Shown one piece after another: positions 10,007 to 19,187 of a DNA stretch of 36,204 bases. Each line of letters begins with the position of its first letter. The stretch's first letter is position 1. The stretch lies in sequence record DRR378314_367. One strand, given 5' to 3'. A program made the position numbers and the translations under genes. The notes under the pieces are model-generated. The model had not been told where the DNA came from, did no database searches, and saw only the letters and a list, made by a program, of their open reading frames with translations.

Positions 10007-11037
10007 CCCGCACGGCTGTTGTCATCTGTCCAGGCAGGGGCACCTACAACAAGCCTGAGTTGGGCTTTCTGCATCGGCACCACCCTGATCGAATGGATCT
10101 GTTCCACCGCTTTGACGCTATCCGAGCTGAAACGGGACAAGAGACGCTTACAGCGTTGGATGGGGCCGATCGCTATAGCGTTGGGAAATATTCGCGCGGC
10201 GACGTGGCTTCACCCCTCATTTATGCGGCGTCATTGGCAGATGCGCAGGCGCTGGCCGGGGATATCGAGGTGGTCGCCGTAACCGGTAACTCGATGGGGT
10301 GGTATATCGCATTGGCGGTTGCCGGGGCGTTGACCCCTGAGAACGGCTTTCGCGTGGTCAACACGATGGGCACCCTGATGCAAGAGCATCTGATCGGAGG
10401 GCAACTGGTATATCCTTTCGTTGACGAAGATTGGGCGAACGATCCGGCGCGCAAGTCTGTGTTGCTGAACGATGTGACGCGGATCAACGCAATGAAAGGA
10501 CATACTCTTTCACTGTCGATCGATCTGGGCGGGATGCTGGTGCTCGCAGGCAATGAGGCCGGGTTAAAGGCGTTTGAATCCAACCACCCCGCTCTGCAGG
10601 ACCGGTTCCCTTTGCGGCTTGCCAATCACGCTGCGTTTCACACCGCGTTACAAGCCCCAGTAGCGGCAGAGGGCCGGACGCAACTCGGCCCTGATCTCTT
10701 TGACCAGCCTAAACAGCCGATGATTGACGGGCGTGGCAAGATCTGGTGGCCCGGGGCCACGGATACGAGGGCGCTGTGGGCGTATACACTTGGGCATCAG
10801 GTGACCGAGACCTATGATTTTACGCACGCCATCCAGACAGCTGCACGTGAATTTGCACCCGACTTGTTCATCGTTACCGGCCCCGGCGCTACGCTGGGCG
10901 GTGCGGTGGCGCAATCGCTGACATTGGGGAACTGGCGGGGCATGGCACACAAGGCTTCGTTCCAGACGTTGCAAGACACAGATGCGTTCTTGATCGCAAT
11001 GGGGCGGGCCGACCAGCGCGCTCTTGCAACCGGCTAG
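10003..11037 (+). CDS. FabD-like (ACP S-malonyltransferase fold) acyltransferase with atypical active site
   Basis: ICPGRG (cf. FPGQG), GNSMG nucleophile elbow (cf. GHSLG), AAFHT His, GPG. ATGA overlap with the E1 gene and GGAGG RBS. Confidence 0.82.
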   Translation: MTRTAVVICPGRGTYNKPELGFLHRHHPDRMDLFHRFDAIRAETGQETLTALDGADRYSVGKYSRGDVASPLIYAASLADAQALAGDIEVVAVTGNSMGWYIALAVAGALTPENGFRVVNTMGTLMQEHLIGGQLVYPFVDEDWANDPARKSVLLNDVTRINAMKGHTLSLSIDLGGMLVLAGNEAGLKAFESNHPALQDRFPLRLANHAAFHTALQAPVAAEGRTQLGPDLFDQPKQPMIDGRGKIWWPGATDTRALWAYTLGHQVTETYDFTHAIQTAAREFAPDLFIVTGPGATLGGAVAQSLTLGNWRGMAHKASFQTLQDTDAFLIAMGRADQRALATG

Positions 11038-11078
11038 GTCCGGCCCGATGATCGGCAATATTCTGACGAGGGTTGGGC

Positions 11079-12350
11079 ATGCGCGACTTTGATCAATCGT
11101 TATGGCGGCAGACCTGTCGCGAACGGATCGACATGCAAAAGCTTTCCGGTGACATAACCGTTGATCTTGCGGTGATCGGTGGCGGATATACCGGGTGTTC
11201 CGCTGCCTTGATGGCCGCAAATTCAGGCGCTTCGGTCTGCTTGCTCGAAGCGCATCAGATCGGCCACGGCGGATCGGGGCGGAATGTCGGGCTGGTCAAT
11301 GCAGGGCTTTGGTTGCCACCCGATCAAATCCGGGCGCATCTTGGGCAAGCGGCAGGTGATCGGTTGATCGATCTGCTGGCCAACGCCCCTTCAGAGGTCT
11401 TTGACCTGATCGATACGCTTGAAATTGCCTGCGAGCCTGTGAGGCATGGCACCTTGCATTGTGCCCATTCGGCCAAGGGCTTTGGTGACCTGCGTACACG
11501 TCATACACAGCTCAGCACCTCCGGCGCGCCGGTCAAACTGCTTGACGCTGATACGTCGCGCCAGCGCACCGGCAGTCCCGCTGTCCATGGCGCTTTGTTT
11601 GATCCCCGCGCGGGCACGATCCAGCCACAGGCCTATGCGGTGGGCCTGGCTCGCGCGGCCCAAGATGCAGGTGCGCAGATATACACTCAGAGCCCGATTG
11701 AATCCCTGCAGCAAGAAGCGGAGATGTGGGTTTTGCGTGGAAATGGTGCAACCGTGCGCGCGAAATCGGTCATTCAGGCAACCAACGCCTATCATCAGGG
11801 CATGGCAAACACTGTGCCCGACTACGTTCCAGTCTACTATTTTCAATACGCTACTGCGCCGTTGTCGCATAACCTGCGGGCCAGCATATTACCTAAAGGC
11901 GAGGGGTGCTGGGATACGGGCCTGATCATGACGTCCTTCAGGTTGGATGAGGCCGGGCGGTTCATTATCGGCGGAATGGGCGATCTGAGTAGTGCTGGAA
12001 GCTTCGCCCACAAAGCTTGGGTCAGACGGAAACTGGCAGCGCTTTATCCGCAACTGGCAGATCAGCCTTTGACCCAGGGTTGGCACGGGCGGATAGCCAT
12101 GACCTCGGACCACATTCCCAAGATCACTCAGATTGGCCCGAATGCGCTGGCCGCGCACGGGTTCTCGGGGCGTGGGATCGGGCCGGGTACCGTATTCGGA
12201 CGCTTGATGGCCGAAAGCCTGCTGAATGACGATCCGTCCCTGCTGCCGGTACCGCCAGTGTCGGAGTATAGTGAAAACTGGACCGGCCTGCGCCGCGCAT
12301 TCTTTGAAACCGGCGCGGCGCTGACGCATTTTGTTAAGGCACGCTTTTGA
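11079..12350 (+). CDS. FAD-dependent oxidoreductase (DAO family), L-pipecolate oxidase-like
   Basis: VIGGGYTG, IGHGGSGRNVGLVNAG.W, GTLHCAH, AGTIQP, G.WDT, GFSGRG.GPGTV.G, LR.AFFE.G. From memory these resemble Pseudomonas AmaA; substrate not proven. Confidence 0.85.
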   Translation: MRDFDQSLWRQTCRERIDMQKLSGDITVDLAVIGGGYTGCSAALMAANSGASVCLLEAHQIGHGGSGRNVGLVNAGLWLPPDQIRAHLGQAAGDRLIDLLANAPSEVFDLIDTLEIACEPVRHGTLHCAHSAKGFGDLRTRHTQLSTSGAPVKLLDADTSRQRTGSPAVHGALFDPRAGTIQPQAYAVGLARAAQDAGAQIYTQSPIESLQQEAEMWVLRGNGATVRAKSVIQATNAYHQGMANTVPDYVPVYYFQYATAPLSHNLRASILPKGEGCWDTGLIMTSFRLDEAGRFIIGGMGDLSSAGSFAHKAWVRRKLAALYPQLADQPLTQGWHGRIAMTSDHIPKITQIGPNALAAHGFSGRGIGPGTVFGRLMAESLLNDDPSLLPVPPVSEYSENWTGLRRAFFETGAALTHFVKARF

Positions 12351-12352
12351 CC

Positions 12353-13054
12353 CTAGACCGAACGTGTGATGCCACCATCGACACGGATGTTCTGCCCGGT
12401 GATATATCCGCCACCCTCTGAGGCGAGCATTGCCACGACCGAGGCGATTTCATCATAGCTGCGCCCATAACGGCCTAGCGGGATGCGCGCGCGAAACTCT
12501 TCCTTTTCAGGCAGGCTGTCGATGAAGCCGGGCAAGACGTTGTTCATGCGAATGTTCTCGGCGGCGTATTTGTCCGAGTAAAGCTTGGTGAACGCCGCAA
12601 GCCCGGCGCGGAATACGCCCGAAGTCGGAAAAACCGGATCAGGCTCGAACGCCGCAAAGGTCGAGATATTGATGATCGACCCGCCGCCTTGTTCCTGCAT
12701 GATCGGCGTCACCAGTCGGGTGGGGCGTACGGCATTCATGAAATAAACATCCATGCCGGTGTGCCAATCCTCATCGCTCAGATCCAGCACGTCAGCGCGG
12801 GGGCCATGGCCTGCCGAATTGACCAGCACGTCAACGCGCCCCCAATGGTTCATGGCCGCATCGATCAGCTTATGCAGATCGTCGGTGGACTGGTTTGATC
12901 CGGTCACGCCCACACCACCCAGTTCTTTCGCCAGTGCCTCACCCTTGCCGGACGAGGACAGGATGCCAACCTTGAACCCATCCGCTGCCAGCCTGCGGGC
13001 CGAATCCGCGCCCATACCGCTGCCGCCGGCGGTGATCAAAGCTACTTTTTCCAT
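12353..13054 (-). CDS. Short-chain dehydrogenase/reductase (SDR), atypical catalytic motif
   Basis: TAGGSGMG, VDVLVNSAG, NNVLPG, ITGQNIRVDGG; YxxxK position reads SGVFR. ATG 13054 is 7 nt after AGGAG. Confidence 0.9.
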   Translation of the reverse strand: MEKVALITAGGSGMGADSARRLAADGFKVGILSSSGKGEALAKELGGVGVTGSNQSTDDLHKLIDAAMNHWGRVDVLVNSAGHGPRADVLDLSDEDWHTGMDVYFMNAVRPTRLVTPIMQEQGGGSIINISTFAAFEPDPVFPTSGVFRAGLAAFTKLYSDKYAAENIRMNNVLPGFIDSLPEKEEFRARIPLGRYGRSYDEIASVVAMLASEGGGYITGQNIRVDGGITRSV

Positions 13055-13135
13055 CTTCACGCTCCTTTGCGTTGTACTGCTTGAAGATGGAGGAACGATG
13101 CCAGTTTGACTAATCAGTTCTGTTGCGCAATGGCA

Positions 13136-13149
13136 GTAGAAAATCTACA
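13136..13149. promoter_or_regulatory. Candidate LysR site GTAGA-AAA-TCTAC (T-N11-A)
   Basis: Dyad just upstream of the LysR start in the divergent SDR/LysR intergenic region. Confidence 0.5.
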
Positions 13150-13157
13150 GTCAGGGG

Positions 13158-14009
13158 ATGTCTGCTCTTCCACCTCTCAACGCGATGCGCGCCTTCGAGG
13201 CCTCGGCACGTCACTTGAACTTTCGTCTGGCAGCCGAAGAAATTGGCGTCACGCAGGGGGCGGTTGCACAACAGGTGCGCGGGCTTGAGGCGCGACTGGG
13301 GATTGCACTGTTCGAACGGCTTCCGCGTGGGTTGCGCTTGACCGAAGCCGGACGCCGGTTCCACGCGCCTCTGCGCCGGGCGTTTCATTTGATCGAGGAA
13401 GCCGTCGATGAACTGTCCGATCAGCGGCAGATCACGATCTCGGTCACGCCCAGCTTTGCCTCAAAATGGCTAGTGCCCCGCCTGAACGATTTTGTGTCCC
13501 GCTTTCCCGATATCTCGGTTCAGGTCGACGCACGTGAACGACTGGCTGATTTCCAGTCGGACGGGATCGACATCGCAGTGCGTCAAACCCGGTCACCAGT
13601 TGCACGGGGATTAAAAGCCACACCACTTTTCTCGACCGAGTTCGTTGTTGTTGGCAGCCCGGAACTGGCATCGCAAATCTCTGGTCCTGACGATTTGATG
13701 CAGCACGTTCTGCTCAGCGATTCACACGGGCTGTGGCCTCTGTTTCTGGAACGCGTCGGGGTCGAGGGGCGGCCACGGATGATGAGTTTCAGTCAGACCA
13801 GTCTGGCGATTGACGCCGCTATCTCGGGGCAGGGTTTTGCGCTGGCCAATGCGCCGCTTGTGTCGGCTGAACTGGCCTCGGGCCGGTTGATGCAGCCGCT
13901 ATCTGAGGTGCTGGTTGATGATCTCAGTTTTTTCATCGTCACCCCACAGAAGCCGCGCCAACCCGAGCTGGTGCAACAGATGCGCGATTGGCTGCTGTCT
14001 CAGGTCTGA
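13158..14009 (+). CDS. LysR-family regulator, GcvA-like
   Basis: LPPLNAMRAFEASARHLNF..AAEE..VTQGAV, SFASKWLVPRL. Divergent from the SDR gene. Confidence 0.93.
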   Translation: MSALPPLNAMRAFEASARHLNFRLAAEEIGVTQGAVAQQVRGLEARLGIALFERLPRGLRLTEAGRRFHAPLRRAFHLIEEAVDELSDQRQITISVTPSFASKWLVPRLNDFVSRFPDISVQVDARERLADFQSDGIDIAVRQTRSPVARGLKATPLFSTEFVVVGSPELASQISGPDDLMQHVLLSDSHGLWPLFLERVGVEGRPRMMSFSQTSLAIDAAISGQGFALANAPLVSAELASGRLMQPLSEVLVDDLSFFIVTPQKPRQPELVQQMRDWLLSQV

Positions 14010-14902
14010 AGCGTTGCGGCAATGGCCTCGATCCGATCTCGCAACCAACGATGTGCCGGATCGTTGGCTGATCGTTGATGCCAGACCATGTAGATCGACA
14101 CCGGCTCGCATTTGAACGGCAGCGGCGCGCAGTCCAGCGCGGCCAGCGGTCCGCGTTTCATCAATTCCGTATCGGTCGAGATCAAGTTGCTGCCTTTCAC
14201 AAAGGGCGGGATGGCGTTGAAATGGGGCAGGGTAACGACGGGCGGTCTGATCTGGCTTTGGTCCACGCCCCGCATCACGGCACGCGCATTGCGCCCATCA
14301 GCAAAGCGCACCTCGACATGGTCGCTGTTGCAATAGGCGTGCCAATCCTTGGGCGGATCGCGACGTGCGGCATCGTAGAACACCATCAGAGGGCTGGTGA
14401 TCAGGCGTTTCTGAAAGATATCGGGTCCATCCGGAGGCAACGGGGTCAGCATCAACTGACACCGGTCGCTGCGCAGCAGGTCCGGGTCGGGAACGCCCGA
14501 AGGGATGAATTCAAGCCGTAATCGAACACCTTCATTGCGCATCGTCCGCAGAAGAACGGGAAAGATCAGCTCTCGCGGCATGTCGTTGGTGGCGATTTGG
14601 ATGTCCATCTGTTCGGACAGTGGATCGAACGGGCGGCCCTCGGTCAGGGCGCGCATGTTGTCCAACACCTGTTGTACAGGCTCTTTTAGCGACAGCGCGC
14701 GCTCGGTCGGGGTCAGGCCCTGACCGGATCGGACAAACAGCGGATCACCCAGCACCTGCCGCAACTTGCCCAGCGTATGGCTGATGGCCGATTGCGTTAC
14801 CCCCAGACGGTCGGCGGCTTTCGAGACCGAGCTTTCCTCGAGTATCGTCAAGAATACCCGCAGAACCTTGCCGTCCAGGTCAGTGAAATCAATTTTACTC
14901 AT
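14000..14902 (-). CDS. LysR-family regulator (NodD/LeuO-like), probable regulator of the dehalogenase
   Basis: SVSKAADRLGVTQSAISHTL..LR..LGDPLFVR, WHQRSANDPAHRWLR. Divergent from rdhA across 76 bp. Confidence 0.92.
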   Translation of the reverse strand: MSKIDFTDLDGKVLRVFLTILEESSVSKAADRLGVTQSAISHTLGKLRQVLGDPLFVRSGQGLTPTERALSLKEPVQQVLDNMRALTEGRPFDPLSEQMDIQIATNDMPRELIFPVLLRTMRNEGVRLRLEFIPSGVPDPDLLRSDRCQLMLTPLPPDGPDIFQKRLITSPLMVFYDAARRDPPKDWHAYCNSDHVEVRFADGRNARAVMRGVDQSQIRPPVVTLPHFNAIPPFVKGSNLISTDTELMKRGPLAALDCAPLPFKCEPVSIYMVWHQRSANDPAHRWLRDRIEAIAATLQT

Positions 14903-14925
14903 ACTATCTATGATTATTCATGAAT
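14899..14925. promoter_or_regulatory. Candidate LysR operator: TCATA-N5-TATGA plus adjacent ATTCATGAAT palindrome
   Basis: Two dyads at 14899-14913 and 14916-14925; the first overlaps the LysR start codon. Confidence 0.55.
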
Positions 14926-14978
14926 GGTTTTGGTGTCCATGCCAGAGTAGGGGGAATACAGCAAGCAAGAGGTGCGCG

Positions 14979-17900
14979 ATGGGGATCCGCTTTTTCTCGG
15001 ACAAGAACCGACCCGTTCACTTGGGGTCGTATCCGCTGGAGCGGTTGGCGCGGCAGGATCAGATGCCCGATCTGGCGCAGGTCACGCCGATGCGTGCCCT
15101 CAGCTTCCACCGGCCCGAGCATCCTGAAAGCATCGTGAATGCGATGGGTGAGTTTCAAGCGATGTTGGATGCGATCCGGGATGGGTTCGTGAATCCGGTC
15201 CCCTCAGAGATTCCTTTCGACCCTACGGATCGCGCCAACCATCTGAAAGCGTTCGGCTATTTCAACGACGCATCAATGATGGGCTGCGGGCCGCTGCCAT
15301 CGGATGCGATGCTGGCGGAGCCTCGGCGGAACCCGGATATCGACCGGCTCGCACATGCGCTCAGGACGCGGCAAACCAAGACGCTGGCCTCGGGTATCGA
15401 CGTAATCATGGCGGACCTGAAAGAAAGCATGGAGGCCGCGCCCAGGCCTATCGGCAGCCATAGCCATGCGATCGTGTTTCTCTATGAGTTCAACCGCGAT
15501 CCGGACCCGTCAGAGCCGGGAGCGGATTGGATCATGGATGCGCAGGATCACCGGGCCTGCCTGCTTGCCACCGAGAATGCGGTGGTGATCGCAAACTATA
15601 TCCGCCTTTTGGGCTTCGACGCGCGTGCACACACGGCGATGTCGTCCGAGGTTGATCTGGGCAAGCTCGCGGTCGCGGCGGGTCTGGCCTCAGTCGAGGA
15701 CGGTGCAGTTGTGGTGCCTTGGCTGGGTAAGCGGTTTGGCCTGGCTGCGGTAACCACCGAGATGGAAATCGCGCATGACAGACCCTTGCGGCCCATCGCC
15801 GAACAGCCGTGGTTACGCACCCAAGGCCCCGCATGGTGGCTGGGGGCTGGCTTTGCCAAGAACGCGCTGAACCGGGATGCCTATGCCAAGCGACGCTATG
15901 TCGACGGGGCGCATTCGTTCGAGAAGCTTAAACGGGTCGACAGCCCGACCACCTATATCGACGAGGATAATGTCGCCCGCGTGCCCAAACGTGCGGACAT
16001 GTTTGCGCGGGCCCAGTTCGGCGACATGGGAAAATCGCTGCAGGATGCGACCAAAGGCGGGCACTACGTACGCAAATCCGCCCCAAGCTTTGCCCAACGC
16101 CGCGCGCTGGGTGCCTTCGTTTTGCTACAGGACGGCGATAGCGCCGAGGTCGAGCAGCCCTCGGATGCCGAGCGGAATGCCGCGAACATTAAGGCCGCCA
16201 CCTATTTCCTAGGTGCCGACGCCGTTGGCCTTAGTCGATGCCCGGAATGGAGTTGGTATTCTCACGATGCCACCGGGGAAGAGATTGTGCCGCCTCATGA
16301 TCAGGCCATCAGTATGATCATCGATCAGGGCTATGAAACGATGGAAGGGTCCAGTGGCGATGACTGGATCGCGGTTAGCCAATCCATGCGCGCCTACCTG
16401 AGGTTCTCGCTACTGGGTGGCGTGATCGCACAGCAAATCCGCAATCTCGGCTACAAGGCCAAAGCGCATACGGTGATGGACGGCGAGGTGCTGCAACCAC
16501 CGCTTCTGCTGCTTTCTGGATTAGGAGAGGTCAGCCGGATCGGAGAGGTCATCCTGAACCCCTATCTCGGCCCGCGCCTGAAATCGGGCGCGGTGACCAC
16601 CGATATGCCTATGGCGCATGACAAACCCATTGATTTCGGCCTGCAGACCTTCTGCGGGTCGTGCAACAAATGTGCCCGCGAATGTCCCTCAGGCGCGATC
16701 ACCGCCGGACCGAAGCTGATGTTCAACGGCTATGAGATATGGAAATCCGACAGCCAGAAATGCGCCACCTACCGTATCACCACGCCCGGTGGCGCGATGT
16801 GTGGACGTTGCATGAAGACCTGCCCCTGGAATCTGGAAGGTCTTTTCAAGGAACGCCCCTTCCGCTGGGCTGCGATGAATATTCCCCAAGCCGCGCCGGC
16901 CTTGGCGAAGCTGGATGATGTCGTGGGTAATGGCGGTCTGAATGACACCAAGAAATGGTGGTGGGATATCGAGCTGGAGCCCGACGGGGCCTATCGCCCG
17001 TCGCAGCATCCATTGAACCGGCGGGATCTGCAAAAAGACCTCGATCTAAAATACGAGGATCAGACGCTCGCCGTTTATCCCGCCCCGCTTGCCCCGCATC
17101 CGTGGCCTTATCCGTTCATTATGGACCGCGAAGCTGGAATTGCCGCCTACGAGGCGATGGTCACAGCCGAAGATTACAAGGCGCGCAAGGCGGCGGGCGA
17201 CATGTCGGTCATCCACCAATACCAGGTTGCCGGGGACGCCCCGGTGATGCGGGTGGAACTGACCAAGGTCGACCAGATGACCACGGATGTCACCAAGTAT
17301 GAATTCTCGACCCTCGACGGCGCACCGCTGCCCGAATGGACGGCCGGGGCGCATCTGGACGTTTTGGTTTCGCCCGAATTCCTGCGGCAATACTCGATGT
17401 CAGGTGATCCGTCTGACCGGGGCACTTATCAGATCGGTGTTTTGCGCGAGGATGAGGGGCGCGGTGGTTCAGCCTTGTTGCATCGCATCTTCAACGAAGG
17501 GCGCAAGGTTTTTATCTCGAAGCCGATCAACCATTTCGAACTGGATGAGACCGCGACTAAAACCTTCCTGATGGGCGGCGGTATCGGCATCACGCCGATG
17601 ATCGCCTTTGCCCACCGGCTGCATGGCTTGGGCAAGCCGTTCGAACTGCATTATTCTGCCAGCACGCGTGCCGGGGCCGGATACTTGGACGATCTCGCCG
17701 CCATGCCTTGGGCCGATCACGTGCATTATCATTTCTCCGATGAAGGCACGCGGGCCGATCTAGCAGTGGTTCTGGGCGGATATCAGGATGGTTGGCACGT
17801 CTACACCTGCGGCCCCGACCGTTTTATGGATGGCGTCATACAGGCGGCTGAGCAGCAGGGTTTCCCGGAAGAGGCGCGGCATCTGGAATATTTCTCGGTC

Positions 17901-18191
17901 CCCGAGCAACCCGAATACGAAAACCACCCATTCACTTTGAAGTTGATGAAATCGGGTCGGGACCTGACCGTTCCGGCTGACAAACACGCAGCGCAGGTGT
18001 TGAACGAAGCTGGCTATCACGTGGATATAAAATGTTCGGACGGAATTTGCGGGGTCTGCAAGTGCGGGGTGATGTCCGGTGAGATCGAGCATCGCGATTT
18101 CGTGCTGTCCAACAAACAACGCGAAGGTGCGATCATCCTGTGTCAAAGCCGCGCGGCAGAGCCAGACGGGGTGATCGAGATCGATCTGTGA
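14979..18191 (+). CDS. rdhA: Self-sufficient catabolic reductive dehalogenase (cobalamin + 2x[4Fe-4S]) fused to an FNR-like flavin/NAD(P)H domain and a [2Fe-2S] ferredoxin
   Basis: SGLGEVSRIG, GPRLKSGAVTTDMP..DKPIDFG, CGSCNKCARECP and C...CGRCMKTCPW clusters. C-terminal RQYSM, GRGGS, GGGIGITP, YTCGP and CSDGICGVC..C. No TAT leader. ATG 14979 follows GAGGT; 1070 aa. Confidence 0.9.
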   Translation: MGIRFFSDKNRPVHLGSYPLERLARQDQMPDLAQVTPMRALSFHRPEHPESIVNAMGEFQAMLDAIRDGFVNPVPSEIPFDPTDRANHLKAFGYFNDASMMGCGPLPSDAMLAEPRRNPDIDRLAHALRTRQTKTLASGIDVIMADLKESMEAAPRPIGSHSHAIVFLYEFNRDPDPSEPGADWIMDAQDHRACLLATENAVVIANYIRLLGFDARAHTAMSSEVDLGKLAVAAGLASVEDGAVVVPWLGKRFGLAAVTTEMEIAHDRPLRPIAEQPWLRTQGPAWWLGAGFAKNALNRDAYAKRRYVDGAHSFEKLKRVDSPTTYIDEDNVARVPKRADMFARAQFGDMGKSLQDATKGGHYVRKSAPSFAQRRALGAFVLLQDGDSAEVEQPSDAERNAANIKAATYFLGADAVGLSRCPEWSWYSHDATGEEIVPPHDQAISMIIDQGYETMEGSSGDDWIAVSQSMRAYLRFSLLGGVIAQQIRNLGYKAKAHTVMDGEVLQPPLLLLSGLGEVSRIGEVILNPYLGPRLKSGAVTTDMPMAHDKPIDFGLQTFCGSCNKCARECPSGAITAGPKLMFNGYEIWKSDSQKCATYRITTPGGAMCGRCMKTCPWNLEGLFKERPFRWAAMNIPQAAPALAKLDDVVGNGGLNDTKKWWWDIELEPDGAYRPSQHPLNRRDLQKDLDLKYEDQTLAVYPAPLAPHPWPYPFIMDREAGIAAYEAMVTAEDYKARKAAGDMSVIHQYQVAGDAPVMRVELTKVDQMTTDVTKYEFSTLDGAPLPEWTAGAHLDVLVSPEFLRQYSMSGDPSDRGTYQIGVLREDEGRGGSALLHRIFNEGRKVFISKPINHFELDETATKTFLMGGGIGITPMIAFAHRLHGLGKPFELHYSASTRAGAGYLDDLAAMPWADHVHYHFSDEGTRADLAVVLGGYQDGWHVYTCGPDRFMDGVIQAAEQQGFPEEARHLEYFSVPEQPEYENHPFTLKLMKSGRDLTVPADKHAAQVLNEAGYHVDIKCSDGICGVCKCGVMSGEIEHRDFVLSNKQREGAIILCQSRAAEPDGVIEIDL

Positions 18192-18320
18192 TCCATCACG
18201 AAAAAACGACATTTTGAATCACAAAAATTGGTCGTTCCAGCCATGGACGCCACCGATTTGCTGCACTAACGTCCCCGGCGAACCCCAGTCTACCCTGATC
18301 AACAGGTGCGAGGTATTTTC

Positions 18321-19187
18321 ATGGACTATCACAGCCCCGCCAGCTTTGCCGAGGCGTCGGCTCTGGCCGCAAATGCGACGGGCATCACCCGGTTTCTGGC
18401 AGGCGGCACCGATGTGCTGGTGCAACTGCGCTCAGACTTGGTGACGCCTGATACTCTGATCGACGTCAAAAAGATCAATGGCGTCGGTGACATCAAGCGC
18501 AATGCCGATGGCAGCTGGACGCTGGGCGTCGCTGCCACCGGTGCCGAGATGAGCGAACATCCCGAACTGGGCCGTGACTGGCCCGGCGTGGTCGAAGCGA
18601 TGGACCTGATCGGATCGACTCAGGTGCAGGGACGCGCGACGCTGACCGGCAATCTGTGCAACGGCTCTCCTGCGGCGGATTCGGTGCCTGCGATGGTTGC
18701 GGCGGGGGTCACGGTCACCGTGACCGGGCCGGATGGCGACCGTGAGGTTGCGGTTGAAGACATCCCGACTGGCCCCGGTAGAACTTCGCTGGCCAAAGGT
18801 GATCTTATCTCGGCCGTCAATATCCCTGCGCGCGGAGACAACGGCGGTGACGCTTACCTGCGTTTTATTCCACGGACCGAGATGGATATCGCTGTTGTCG
18901 GTGTCGGAGTGAACCTGCAGCTGGATGGCGATACCATCGCCGAGGCTCGCGTCTCGCTGGGTGCCGTAGCCCCAACCGTCCTGCTGGTTGAAGACTGTGC
19001 CGACGCGATTATCGGCACCACGCTGGATGACGCCGCGCTTGACGCACTTGCCGCTGCTGCCTCTGCTGCCTGCAACCCGATCGATGACAAACGCGGCACC
19101 ATCGCGTTCCGCACCGAGGTCGCTGGCGTATTAGCCAAGCGCGCCGCGAAAATCGCCTATGCCCGCGCGAAGGGAGAAGATCTATGA
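18321..19187 (+). CDS. Xanthine dehydrogenase-family molybdenum hydroxylase, FAD-binding (medium) subunit
   Basis: LAGGTD, ATLTGNLCNGSPAADS, SLGAVAPT, PIDDKRGT..FR. Start MDYHSP follows GAGGT. Confidence 0.92.
   Translation: MDYHSPASFAEASALAANATGITRFLAGGTDVLVQLRSDLVTPDTLIDVKKINGVGDIKRNADGSWTLGVAATGAEMSEHPELGRDWPGVVEAMDLIGSTQVQGRATLTGNLCNGSPAADSVPAMVAAGVTVTVTGPDGDREVAVEDIPTGPGRTSLAKGDLISAVNIPARGDNGGDAYLRFIPRTEMDIAVVGVGVNLQLDGDTIAEARVSLGAVAPTVLLVEDCADAIIGTTLDDAALDALAAAASAACNPIDDKRGTIAFRTEVAGVLAKRAAKIAYARAKGEDL

Noticed and set aside
14766-14978. N-terminal extensions of longest ORFs (also 3686-3784, 4431-4535, 5901-5957, 34976-35074)
   Set aside because: They overlap neighbouring genes or promoters, and downstream starts have better RBS or stop-start coupling.
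14979-18191. Respiratory (organohalide-respiring) RdhA
   Set aside because: No twin-arginine leader or rdhB membrane anchor, and a fused NAD(P)H reductase is present.
18321-19187. 4-hydroxybenzoyl-CoA reductase beta subunit
   Set aside because: The FAD subunit lacks the Cys-rich [4Fe-4S] insertion characteristic of HcrB.
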